Origin: an uncultured virus (IMG/VR IMGVR_UViG_3300025687_000023)
Lineage: Duplodnaviria; Heunggongvirae; Uroviricota; Caudoviricetes
DNA: 20,000 nt
Virus record (IMG/VR): IMGVR_UViG_3300025687_000023
Direction: 5' to 3' (one strand)
Shown here: piece by piece, positions 6,406 to 14,510 of the stretch
Position numbering within the stretch: the stretch's first letter is position 1
Layout: each line of letters opens with the position of its first letter
Notes under the pieces: generated by a model
What the model was told of the DNA's origin: nothing
Seen by the model: the letters and a program-made list of their open reading frames with translations, nothing else
Databases searched by the model: none
Translations under genes and position numbers: made by a program

Positions 6406-7127
6406 TGAAAATAAGAATTTTAAGAGAATTTAGAGAAACTATTCCAACTATTAAAGCCACCAGACAACAAATGTTGTCAGCAGAACACAATACACGAGTT
6501 TTATCTGATGATCTTGTTTTATTTGAACAATTTACAGAAGACTTTAACATTATATTTTCGACACCTGACAATCCTAACCTAGAATATTGTAAAATTTTCT
6601 ATAATGGCTTAGCTCAGAATTCTAATTCTGAATATCTGACAATGTACACAGTAGAGAAGCTATCTCAAATGTATCTAGTAATGCCAGAGGACAAAACAGC
6701 TGGAATGGGTTGCGATCAAAACGGACATATGGGTTCTGGTTGGAACAATGGTTCTCGAAGAGGAGTTTTGAAAAAATTAATGGATTACGCAAGAGATAAC
6801 TTTGGTGGACGTTCCGGAGATCATTTTGATGGTGGTCTTGGAGGTTACTATGCTTCATTAGGTTTAACAGAAGTATACCAAATTCTTGAATGGGACCCAC
6901 AATATGCTCCAAGTGATTGGAATTATAAACCAATTGATGTTTTTAATCCAAAGAAATCTGTTTATGCTCCAGCAGTACAAATTTATCAACAAAATCCAAC
7001 CTCCGCTCCTCAACAAAAAATGGAATTAGTGGTAGAAAGCGGCTTTAAAATTACAACAAGTCCTTACCACAAAATACTTCAATACTCAAATGGCGAACCA
7101 GATGTAGTTTATAGAAGATATCCATAA
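6405..7127 (+). CDS. GNAT-fold-like (acetyltransferase-like) phage protein
   Basis: TAATG coupling to the upstream gene. RRGVLKKLMDYA (motif A-like), GG...DHFDG.L..YY..LG..EV (motif B-like), W.PQYAP.DW.Y and GEPDVV resemble a phage GNAT-like domain. Confidence 0.55.
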   Translation: MKIRILREFRETIPTIKATRQQMLSAEHNTRVLSDDLVLFEQFTEDFNIIFSTPDNPNLEYCKIFYNGLAQNSNSEYLTMYTVEKLSQMYLVMPEDKTAGMGCDQNGHMGSGWNNGSRRGVLKKLMDYARDNFGGRSGDHFDGGLGGYYASLGLTEVYQILEWDPQYAPSDWNYKPIDVFNPKKSVYAPAVQIYQQNPTSAPQQKMELVVESGFKITTSPYHKILQYSNGEPDVVYRRYP

Positions 7128-7141
7128 AATTATTTTTTTTC

Positions 7142-7170
7142 TTGACAAAAATGATCTTTCGTGTTATAAT
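7142..7170 (+). promoter_or_regulatory. sigma70-type promoter P4
   Basis: TTGACA 7142-7147, 17 bp ending TGT, TATAAT 7165-7170. Confidence 0.92.
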
Positions 7171-7195
7171 ATAAACATCATAAAACGGAGGATAT

Positions 7196-7291
7196 ATGAA
7201 TTATGATTATATATGGGCTTTATTTGCCCTTGTTTTTATTGTTTTGCCAATAGCAGGTGCTTTCATTATGCACCATGATTGGAGGCGATAG
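7196..7291 (+). CDS. 31-aa single-pass membrane peptide (absent from ORF track)
   Basis: GGAGG RBS directly after P4; MNYDYIWALFALVFIVLPIAGAFIMHHDWRR*; stops 1 nt before the next ATG. Confidence 0.8.
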   Translation: MNYDYIWALFALVFIVLPIAGAFIMHHDWRR

Positions 7292-7292
7292 A

Positions 7293-7616
7293 ATGAAAAA
7301 AGAAAAAGATGAAGTTATGAGTGAAAGAATAAAGCACCACTTAGAAAAAGCTAAAGAACGAGGTGTTGTATTGGGCAACCCTAATTTAGAAGAAGTTAGG
7401 CATCTAGCTCACGAAGCAAAGAAAAGAAACGCAGATGTATTTGCTATGTATTTTGGTCCTGTAATTCATGAACTAAGATCATCCGGAAAATCTTTTCAGA
7501 AAATTGCTGATGATCTAGATTCCATTGGACTCACTACTAGACAAGGTGGTAAATGGCATCCAACAACAGTTAAGAATTGTCTCGATAGGTACATACAATT
7601 AATGGAGGAAGAATGA
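7293..7616 (+). CDS. stand-alone C-terminal (helix E + recombinase/HTH DNA-binding) part of a serine recombinase, no catalytic domain
   Basis: GGAGG at 7281-7285; SERIK..L..AKERGV.LGNP ... SFQKIADDL..G.TTRQGGKWHPTTV. Confidence 0.75.
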   Translation: MKKEKDEVMSERIKHHLEKAKERGVVLGNPNLEEVRHLAHEAKKRNADVFAMYFGPVIHELRSSGKSFQKIADDLDSIGLTTRQGGKWHPTTVKNCLDRYIQLMEEE

Positions 7617-8563
7617 AAAACCTATTAATAATTGATGGTCTCAACATGTTCTTAAGAAACTATGTTGTGAACCCAACACTAGCACCTGACGGTAACCCAT
7701 TAGGCGGCTGTATTGGCTTTTTAAAGAGCCTTCAAAAGGTTTGTGGTATGTTTAGCCCTGACGAGATTATAATAGCGTGGGACGGTCATTCTGGCTCTTC
7801 TAAACGCAAAGAAATGAACAAGGAATACAAAGACGGTCGCAAACCTGTAAGATTTAACAGAAGAATGGTCGAGTTGAACGAAGAACAACAAAAACTTAAT
7901 AAAGCAGAACAATATATTAAACTCGTGGAGTATCTAAATGAAACACCAATTATACAAGCAGTTGTGGATTATGTGGAAGCCGATGATATTATCGCTTATG
8001 CTGTTAAGCACGATAAATATCGAGACTATCATAAGTACATTGTGTCAAGCGACAGAGACTTCTTTCAACTCGTTGGAGAAGATTGCACCCTCTGGAGACC
8101 AATCCAGAAGAAGTTGGTGGATTTCAAATCTCTCATGGACGAACACGGTATTCATCCCAATAATTTTGCCCTTTGTCGTGCCATTGCTGGAGATAAGTCA
8201 GATAACTTGCCAGGGATACCTAGAGCTGGGCTTAAAACAATCAAAAGCCGCTTTCCTTTTATGGCTGACCCAGAGGTACAAACTGTTGAATCGCTTGCAG
8301 AGTTTTGCAGACAAGTGGACAAACCGGTTTCACTTCATGAAAACATACTTGGAGGTCTTGATTTAATAGAAAGCAATTATGATATCATGCAGTTATACAA
8401 ACCTGTAATGGGAACAGTAGCAAAACAACAAGTAGAATTCTCCATAAACCATTTTGAACCTGAATGGAATAAAATAGAATTCCAAAAGTTCTTAATGCGT
8501 GACGGACAAATTACTTTAAAGTTTGATCTGCTTTTTGCAACATTTAATAAAATAATTTCTTGA
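7613..8563 (+). CDS. 5'-3' exonuclease / flap endonuclease (T4 RNase H / PolI N-terminal-like)
   Basis: LIIDGLN, AWDG, YKDGR, VEADDIIA, SSDRDFFQL, GDKSDNLPGI. Confidence 0.95.
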   Translation: MKNLLIIDGLNMFLRNYVVNPTLAPDGNPLGGCIGFLKSLQKVCGMFSPDEIIIAWDGHSGSSKRKEMNKEYKDGRKPVRFNRRMVELNEEQQKLNKAEQYIKLVEYLNETPIIQAVVDYVEADDIIAYAVKHDKYRDYHKYIVSSDRDFFQLVGEDCTLWRPIQKKLVDFKSLMDEHGIHPNNFALCRAIAGDKSDNLPGIPRAGLKTIKSRFPFMADPEVQTVESLAEFCRQVDKPVSLHENILGGLDLIESNYDIMQLYKPVMGTVAKQQVEFSINHFEPEWNKIEFQKFLMRDGQITLKFDLLFATFNKIIS

Positions 8564-8587
8564 CATTTAGAAATTCTAGGTTATACT
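8560..8587 (+). promoter_or_regulatory. sigma70-type promoter P5 (helicase-RNR operon)
   Basis: TTGACA 8560-8565, 16 bp, TATACT 8582-8587; GGAGG RBS follows. Confidence 0.75.
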
Positions 8588-8608
8588 TATTGAACACTCG
8601 GAGGTAAT

Positions 8609-9964
8609 ATGAATAAGGAAAAAGATACCTTTGTCTTTTATGGCAAAGACTTTCAAGAAAAGGTGGCACAATTGATGCTTGAAGACCGACCTTTTTGCGA
8701 TCAAATAGAAGAGGTCTTAGAACTAGAATTCTTCTCTTCTGCTTATATCAGAGCATTAGTAGAAACAGTTCTAGACTATAGAAACAAATACGAAAGGCAT
8801 CCACACTTTGCCACAATAGAAACTGAGGTAAAGAAAGGAAACAAGAACTATGATAAAGCAGTTCAATCTCAAGTCAGTCAGTTTGTCGGTAGAATTAAAG
8901 CTAATGAGCTAACAGATAGAGATTATATCAAAGACCAGGCTGTTGATTTCTGTAAGAAACAATGTCTTAAGAAAGCTATTCTTGAATCAGCTGATTTAGT
9001 CAAGAAAGGTGATTACGATTCAATTACAAAAATAATTAATGAGGCTCTATCAAAAGGAAATGACCAAAACTTTGGTCACGATTGGTTTAAAGACTTAGAT
9101 CATCGTTACATCAAAAAGTCTCGCAAACCAATAACAACAGGTTGGCAGAAAATTGATGAAATAACCAAAGGTGGTATTGGCTCAAAAGAGTTAGCTGTTG
9201 TTATTGCTCCAACTGGTGCTGGTAAGTCAATGGTTTTGGTTCATCTTGGAGCTGAAGCCCTCAAACTTGGAAAGAAAGTTGTTCATTATACTTTAGAGCT
9301 TGCAGACACTGTTGTTGGTATTCGTTATGATTCTTGTTTATCAAAAGTTGATCTTCGAGATATCATGGATTCTAAAGATATTGTTAAAGAAAGAATAAAA
9401 GATGTTTCTGGAAAACTAATTATCAAAGAATATCCAACTAAATCTGCTTCAACGAAGTCCATAAAGAATCATTTGGAGAAGTTAAAAAAGCAAAACATCT
9501 TACCTGATGTTGTCATTGTTGACTATGCTGATTTGCTTCGACCTGTTTCTCACGGAGCTGAAAAGAGACATGACTTGGAAGGAATCTATGAAGAGTTGAG
9601 AGGGCTTGCATCTGAATTTGATTGCGCCTTTATAACAGCATCACAAACAAACCGTGGAGGTCTTAATGCTGAAGTTATCACAATGGAGTCTATTTCAGAA
9701 GCTTTTAATAAGTGCTTTGTTGCTGACTTCATTTTCTCGTTATCAAGAACACCACAAGATAAACAAGCTAACGCAGGCCGTTTATTTATTGCTAAAAATA
9801 GAAACGGACCAGATGGTCTTGTCTTTCCAGCTGCCGTTGATTGGGCAACTGTTTCAATAGATGTGCTAGATAGAAGAGGTGATGAAGAGCCTCCACAATT
9901 GACTGCTAAAGAACAATTATCAAGTCTTCAAAAGTATTATACAAAACTATCAGGATCAAAATAA
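8609..9964 (+). CDS. replicative DnaB-like (T4 gp41-like) helicase
   Basis: ITTGW..ID..T.GG, Walker A APTGAGKS, YTLEL, IKEYPT, VIVDYADL, TASQTNR, AKNRNGPDG. Confidence 0.95.
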   Translation: MNKEKDTFVFYGKDFQEKVAQLMLEDRPFCDQIEEVLELEFFSSAYIRALVETVLDYRNKYERHPHFATIETEVKKGNKNYDKAVQSQVSQFVGRIKANELTDRDYIKDQAVDFCKKQCLKKAILESADLVKKGDYDSITKIINEALSKGNDQNFGHDWFKDLDHRYIKKSRKPITTGWQKIDEITKGGIGSKELAVVIAPTGAGKSMVLVHLGAEALKLGKKVVHYTLELADTVVGIRYDSCLSKVDLRDIMDSKDIVKERIKDVSGKLIIKEYPTKSASTKSIKNHLEKLKKQNILPDVVIVDYADLLRPVSHGAEKRHDLEGIYEELRGLASEFDCAFITASQTNRGGLNAEVITMESISEAFNKCFVADFIFSLSRTPQDKQANAGRLFIAKNRNGPDGLVFPAAVDWATVSIDVLDRRGDEEPPQLTAKEQLSSLQKYYTKLSGSK

Positions 9965-9975
9965 AGGAGTACAAG

Positions 9976-11832
9976 ATGGCTATAGAGAACAAAATACTAT
10001 CGGACATAACAGTCCACATGAAATATGCTCGCTACCTTCCCGAAGAGCAGAGAAGAGAAAACTGGGCTGAATTAGTTACCAGAAACAAGCAAATGCATAT
10101 CAAAAAATTTCCCAGTTTAAAAGAGGAGATTGATTGGGCTTATGAATTTGTTTACGATAAAAAGGTTTTACCTTCGATGCGCTCAATGCAATTTGGAGGA
10201 AAACCTATTGATGTTTCTCCAAACCGTATTTTCAACTGTGCTTATGCTCCTGTTGATCACATGAGGGTTTTTGGTGAAATTATGTTTCTTCTTCTTGGAG
10301 GAACTGGTGTAGGATATTCAGTTCAAAATCATCACATAGAAAAATTACCAGTTATTCAAAGACCCTCTGGAAAAAGAACCCGTCGTTTTCTTATTGGAGA
10401 TTCAATCGAAGGATGGGCTGATTCTGTAAATGCTCTAATGAAGTGCTATTTTACAGGTGGTTCTAAGATTCGTTTTGACTTCTCTGACATTCGTCCTAAA
10501 GGTGCTCGCTTGGTTACTTCAGGTGGCAAAGCACCTGGTCCACAGCCCCTAAAAGAATGTCTTGTTAAGATTGAAGGAATTCTACAATCAAAAGAAAACG
10601 GAGACCAATTGACCACAATTGAAGTTCATGATATTATTTGTCATGTTGCGGATGCTGTTTTGGCTGGTGGTATTAGACGAGCAGCTTTAATAGCTCTTTT
10701 CTCAGCAGATGATGATGCTATGCTTGGTGCTAAAAGTGGTGCTTGGTGGGAAGAAAACCCCCAAAGAGGACGTGCAAACAACTCGGTAGTCATAATGAGG
10801 CACCGCATTGATAAAGCCACCTTCTTGAACCTCTGGGAGCGTGTAAAAGCTAGTGGAGCTGGAGAGCCAGGATTCTACTTTACTAATGATAAAGATTATG
10901 GATGTAACCCTTGTTGCGAAATTGCTCTTCGCCCTTTTCAATTCTGTAATCTAACCGAGATCAATGTTTCTGATGTCGAGACACAAGAGGAATATAACGC
11001 AAGAGCACAAGCTGCTGCTATTATTGGAACACTTCAAGCTGCTTATACTGACTTTCATTATCTTCGTCCTATTTGGCAAAGAAACACAGAGAAAGATTAT
11101 CTTATTGGTGTTTCAATGACAGGTATTGCCTCAGGTAAAGTCCTCCAATTGGACATGCCACAAGCCGCAAAGGAAGTAAAAGATATGAATGCTCAAATTG
11201 CTGCTGCTATTGGAATCGGACCAGCTTCTCGTTGCACTACAGTAAAACCAGCTGGAACAACTTCTCTGACTCTTGGAACCAGTTCCGGAATTCATGCGTG
11301 GCATAATGACTATTATCTCCGCAGAATCCGCGTAGGGAAGAATGAGTCTATTTATACTTACCTTCAAATTTATCATCCTGAATTGATTGAGGACGAATAC
11401 TTTAGACCTCACGACACAGCAGTTATTTCTGTTCCACAGAAAGCACCTGAAGGAGCTATCACACGTCACGAATCAGCTTTGGATCTTTTGGAGAGAGTAA
11501 AACAAGTCCACATTGATTGGGTAAAAGAAGGACATAGAAGTGGACAAAACACCAACAATGTTTCTGCTACTATTACTATCAAGCCTGACGAATGGGAACC
11601 TGTAGGAGAATGGATGTGGGAGAACAAGCACAATTACAATGGTTTGTCTGTTCTTCCTTATTCAGATCACTCTTACAAACAAGCTCCTTTTGAGGACTGC
11701 ACCAAAGAAGAATTTGAAGCTCTATTACCTTCCCTTAAAGAAGTTGATCTAGACAAAGTAATTGAGATCGATGATAATACAAATCTTACAGGCGAATTGG
11801 CTTGTGCCGGTGGTGCCTGTACCGTTACCTAA
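9976..11832 (+). CDS. nrdJ: class II (adenosylcobalamin-dependent) ribonucleotide reductase
   Basis: LPSMR, FNCAY, GGTGVGYS, GGIRRAA, RANNS, GEPG, NPCCEI, FCNLTE, TVKPAGT and C-terminal CAGGAC; no small-subunit gene adjacent. Confidence 0.9.
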   Translation: MAIENKILSDITVHMKYARYLPEEQRRENWAELVTRNKQMHIKKFPSLKEEIDWAYEFVYDKKVLPSMRSMQFGGKPIDVSPNRIFNCAYAPVDHMRVFGEIMFLLLGGTGVGYSVQNHHIEKLPVIQRPSGKRTRRFLIGDSIEGWADSVNALMKCYFTGGSKIRFDFSDIRPKGARLVTSGGKAPGPQPLKECLVKIEGILQSKENGDQLTTIEVHDIICHVADAVLAGGIRRAALIALFSADDDAMLGAKSGAWWEENPQRGRANNSVVIMRHRIDKATFLNLWERVKASGAGEPGFYFTNDKDYGCNPCCEIALRPFQFCNLTEINVSDVETQEEYNARAQAAAIIGTLQAAYTDFHYLRPIWQRNTEKDYLIGVSMTGIASGKVLQLDMPQAAKEVKDMNAQIAAAIGIGPASRCTTVKPAGTTSLTLGTSSGIHAWHNDYYLRRIRVGKNESIYTYLQIYHPELIEDEYFRPHDTAVISVPQKAPEGAITRHESALDLLERVKQVHIDWVKEGHRSGQNTNNVSATITIKPDEWEPVGEWMWENKHNYNGLSVLPYSDHSYKQAPFEDCTKEEFEALLPSLKEVDLDKVIEIDDNTNLTGELACAGGACTVT

Positions 11833-11855
11833 TTACACAAATAAAAACAACTTTT

Positions 11856-11918
11856 TTCTTATTGGCGTGTGGAATAGAAGAATATAATACTATTTACTAT
11901 ACTACAAACCAATAAGGA
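11856..11918 (+). promoter_or_regulatory. RBS-sequestering long hairpin with internal ACTATTTA motif
   Basis: TTCTTATTGG(11856-11865)/CCAATAAGGA(11909-11918), inner stems TGTGG/CTACA and ATAG/CTAT; ACTATTTA at 11889-11896 in the loop. Confidence 0.7.
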
Positions 11919-11927
11919 GGGTTTTTT

Positions 11928-12491
11928 ATGAAAGGAAAGGAATTAAAAGGTAAAAAGTTTCATCACTTGTTGGTGCTTGAAAGAGCATCATCAAATAGAC
12001 AAGGTAGTAGAACTTGGCTTTGTCAATGTGACTGTGGAAAACAAAAGATTTTTTCTACTGATCATTTGACAAGAAAGAAATCACCTGTGAAATCTTGTGG
12101 ATGTAAAGCTATCAAAAGTGGAAAAGAACATCATCAATGGAGCGGATGTGGAGATATTTCTGGAGGTTGGTGGGCGTCACATGTCACAAGAGAGAGAAAA
12201 CAAGGAACCAGAGCAAAAGTCCCAGTTACGGTTACGATAGAGGAAGCATGGGAACTGTTTTTAAAACAAGATAGAAAATGTGCTTTATCAGGAGTAGAAT
12301 TGACAATTGGCAACAATCGCTACAATGATGCCTCAATAGATAGAATTGATAGTTCCAAAGGATATGAATTGGGCAACATACAATGGGTTCACAAACATAT
12401 AAACTTTATGAAAAGAACATATTCACAAGACTATTTTATTGAAATGTGTAAAAAAGTAACAGAAAATAATTCTAAAAAACTTGACAAATAA
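11928..12491 (+). CDS. free-standing HNH (His-Me finger) homing-type endonuclease
   Basis: N-terminal G.KF..L.V...W.CQCDCG...KSCGC module; C-terminal CALSG..SIDRIDSSKGY..GNIQWV...IN.MK. Confidence 0.85.
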   Translation: MKGKELKGKKFHHLLVLERASSNRQGSRTWLCQCDCGKQKIFSTDHLTRKKSPVKSCGCKAIKSGKEHHQWSGCGDISGGWWASHVTRERKQGTRAKVPVTVTIEEAWELFLKQDRKCALSGVELTIGNNRYNDASIDRIDSSKGYELGNIQWVHKHINFMKRTYSQDYFIEMCKKVTENNSKKLDK

Positions 12492-12509
12492 CAAACAATA
12501 TGTTATAAT
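12481..12509 (+). promoter_or_regulatory. sigma70-type promoter P6
   Basis: TTGACA 12481-12486, 17 bp ending TGT, TATAAT 12504-12509; overlaps the 3' end of the HNH gene. Confidence 0.9.
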
Positions 12510-12539
12510 ATAATTTCATAATAAACAAAAGGAGAACTT

Positions 12540-12725
12540 ATGAAACAAAAACTTGAACAATTGATTGAAGAGCTACAAGCTATTCTAACTGATGTTGAGA
12601 AAGTAGACGAAAAGTCTTATGGTTATAAAGCATCAGCTGTCCGTGCAAGAAAAACACTTCACGAAGCAAGAAACCAATTCCAAGAGCTTCGTAAAGAAAT
12701 TCAAGCAAAGAAAAACGAAGAATAG
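12540..12725 (+). CDS. histone H1-like (Hc1 N-terminal-like) small DNA-binding protein
   Basis: KASAVRARKTL.E....QELRKEI resembles the K(A)A..RARK...RKE core of Hc1-family proteins; own promoter and RBS. Confidence 0.65.
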   Translation: MKQKLEQLIEELQAILTDVEKVDEKSYGYKASAVRARKTLHEARNQFQELRKEIQAKKNEE

Positions 12726-12727
12726 AC

Positions 12728-12756
12728 TTGACAAAACATAAATAATGTGTTATAAT
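12728..12756 (+). promoter_or_regulatory. sigma70-type promoter P7
   Basis: TTGACA 12728-12733, 17 bp ending TGT, TATAAT 12751-12756. Confidence 0.92.
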
Positions 12757-12841
12757 ATAAATGCTGCTTGACCTTTGGGTGTTGAGTAGAACTTGTGGCA
12801 ACTCTTCTTTGCGCGACAAGTATTCTTTTATTGGAGGTTAA

Positions 12842-13129
12842 ATGTTTATAAATATATACAACAGACATGTTCTTGTTGAACTTGTCGAGAAAGAAGAAGA
12901 AACCAAAGAGTCACTTATCGCTTTACCGCAAGATTACAAGAAACAAGAATCGCCTTATGTTGTTGTAAGAGTAATACAATTTTCTGATGAATGCAAATTG
13001 TTCCTTGAACCTGGCGATCTTATTGTTATTGAACGAAGAATGCTAACAGAAATAGAAATAAAGGGTCAAAAGAACTATTTAGTGTTAGAAAATTACATCT
13101 ATGGGAGATTAAACGATGAAACTTACTAA
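12842..13129 (+). CDS. GroES/Cpn10-like co-chaperonin
   Basis: 95 aa; NRHVLVE..E.EEETKESLIALP (mobile loop) ... PGDLIV ... EIEIKGQKNYLVLENYIYG. Confidence 0.8.
   Translation: MFINIYNRHVLVELVEKEEETKESLIALPQDYKKQESPYVVVRVIQFSDECKLFLEPGDLIVIERRMLTEIEIKGQKNYLVLENYIYGRLNDETY
13074..13081 (+). promoter_or_regulatory. putative late-promoter motif ACTATTTA
   Basis: About 35 nt upstream of the MKLTK gene at 13116, inside the end of the groES-like gene. Confidence 0.5.
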
Positions 13130-13802
13130 ACAACTATTAAAGGAAATGATCCTTAAAGAAATGCAGAACCTTACACCAGCCCAAATAGAGCAAGAAGTTA
13201 AAAAACACATAATGCAGGTAGAAGATCCAAACGGAGTACAAAATATTGCTTTTATTACAGCTCACGAACCTCCCGGTGGAGGCGAAAACTTTGAATGGGA
13301 TAATGAAGAAATGCAATTCCATATTAAATCGATGTTAAAGAGAAGAGGATATACAGAGATTTATCCAATAATCGGAAACTACGGTGGTCAACTTGAAGGA
13401 TCTCTAATGGTAGTTGAAAGAAACCAGTCACAATCTGAATTTCTAGACCAAATGGTTTCTGTAGGAAAGCAATTTAATCAAGATGCTGTGATAGTTGGAA
13501 CAAAACAGGAATCAATGCAAATGTCAAGAAATGCTCAAGGAGATCTTTTACCAGGACCAGCTTATTCAATGGAATTTCAAATGATAAATCTGCACCCAAC
13601 AAAAAAAGGAATTCCAAATATGGACTTTAGACAACAAAGCATTTATGACACAAGAGACCAGGTTCAATTCGGACCAGCTGTACAAAATAGAACAACTGAC
13701 TTCTCTCAAGCAGGAAATTTTAAGTTTGTTATTCCTTTCTTTTCATCAGCACCAGCAGATCAAAACAAATTTAGAGCAAATGTCAGAAACGTCGGTGAAT
13801 AA
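13116..13802 (+). CDS. MKLTK-leader protein with DUF3293-like domain
   Basis: MKLTKQLLKEMILKE leader; AFITAHEP...N....LKRRGY...GNYG..EGSLMV...GKQFNQDAVI fits the DUF3293 pattern. Confidence 0.65.
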   Translation: MKLTKQLLKEMILKEMQNLTPAQIEQEVKKHIMQVEDPNGVQNIAFITAHEPPGGGENFEWDNEEMQFHIKSMLKRRGYTEIYPIIGNYGGQLEGSLMVVERNQSQSEFLDQMVSVGKQFNQDAVIVGTKQESMQMSRNAQGDLLPGPAYSMEFQMINLHPTKKGIPNMDFRQQSIYDTRDQVQFGPAVQNRTTDFSQAGNFKFVIPFFSSAPADQNKFRANVRNVGE

Positions 13803-14510
13803 ATGTTATATAGTAAAACAATATCCATTTACGATGATGATATCGGTTCTGTCTCTTATGTTCAGCATATGGGTAGCGATCTTACTGTGGTTAATTCAGC
13901 AAGAGTCTCCTTTGGTGTGGAAAAAACTGAACTGGATGATAGAGACAGAAAGCTTATCAATTATCTTATTAAACACAAACATACTTCAACTCTCGAGCAC
14001 AATTCTGTTACTTTCAAGTTTGTCGTGCCTTTGTTTGTTCGTTCACAACACCATCGTCATAGGACGTGGTCTTATAATGAGATTAGTAGAAGATATACGG
14101 ATAAGGATTTACAGTTCTATCTTCCAAAGTCTTTTAGAACACAACACAAGTCTAACAGACAAGCTTCAAATGCTGAGGAATTGATAAACCCACAAGTCTT
14201 TCCAACCCTTTCTTTAATGAGAGCCTCAGAGCTTCTACAAGCAAGAACAATGGATTGTATTGATACGTTTAATAATTTACTAGATGCTGGTGTTTGTCGA
14301 GAACAAGCAAGAATGATTCTTCCACAAAATCTTTATACAGAGTATTATGGAACAGTTAACCTGAGCAACCTTCTAAAGTTCATTGATCTCAGAACACACG
14401 AAGGTGCTCAATGGGAAATTCAAAAGGTTGCGGAAGCTTGTTTAGAAATAGCAACAGACCTTTGGCCGGTAACAGTTGAGTCTTATAGGAGAACAAGACA
14501 TGTCTTATAA
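13803..14510 (+). CDS. thyX: FAD-dependent thymidylate synthase
   Basis: VNSARVS, HTSTLEH, ThyX motif RHRTWSYNEISRRY, REQARMILP, AQWEI. Confidence 0.97.
   Translation: MLYSKTISIYDDDIGSVSYVQHMGSDLTVVNSARVSFGVEKTELDDRDRKLINYLIKHKHTSTLEHNSVTFKFVVPLFVRSQHHRHRTWSYNEISRRYTDKDLQFYLPKSFRTQHKSNRQASNAEELINPQVFPTLSLMRASELLQARTMDCIDTFNNLLDAGVCREQARMILPQNLYTEYYGTVNLSNLLKFIDLRTHEGAQWEIQKVAEACLEIATDLWPVTVESYRRTRHVL

Noticed and set aside
7257..7292. ORF-track upstream starts (7257, and likewise 2664, 14476, 17621, 19280)
   Set aside because: Downstream starts have better RBSs or stop-start overlaps; 7257 lies inside the 31-aa peptide gene.
4435..11832. Inteins or introns in recA, helicase or nrdJ
   Set aside because: The ORFs are continuous and of ordinary length, with no intein splice motifs. 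The HNH gene lies after the intact nrdJ C-terminal CAGGAC.
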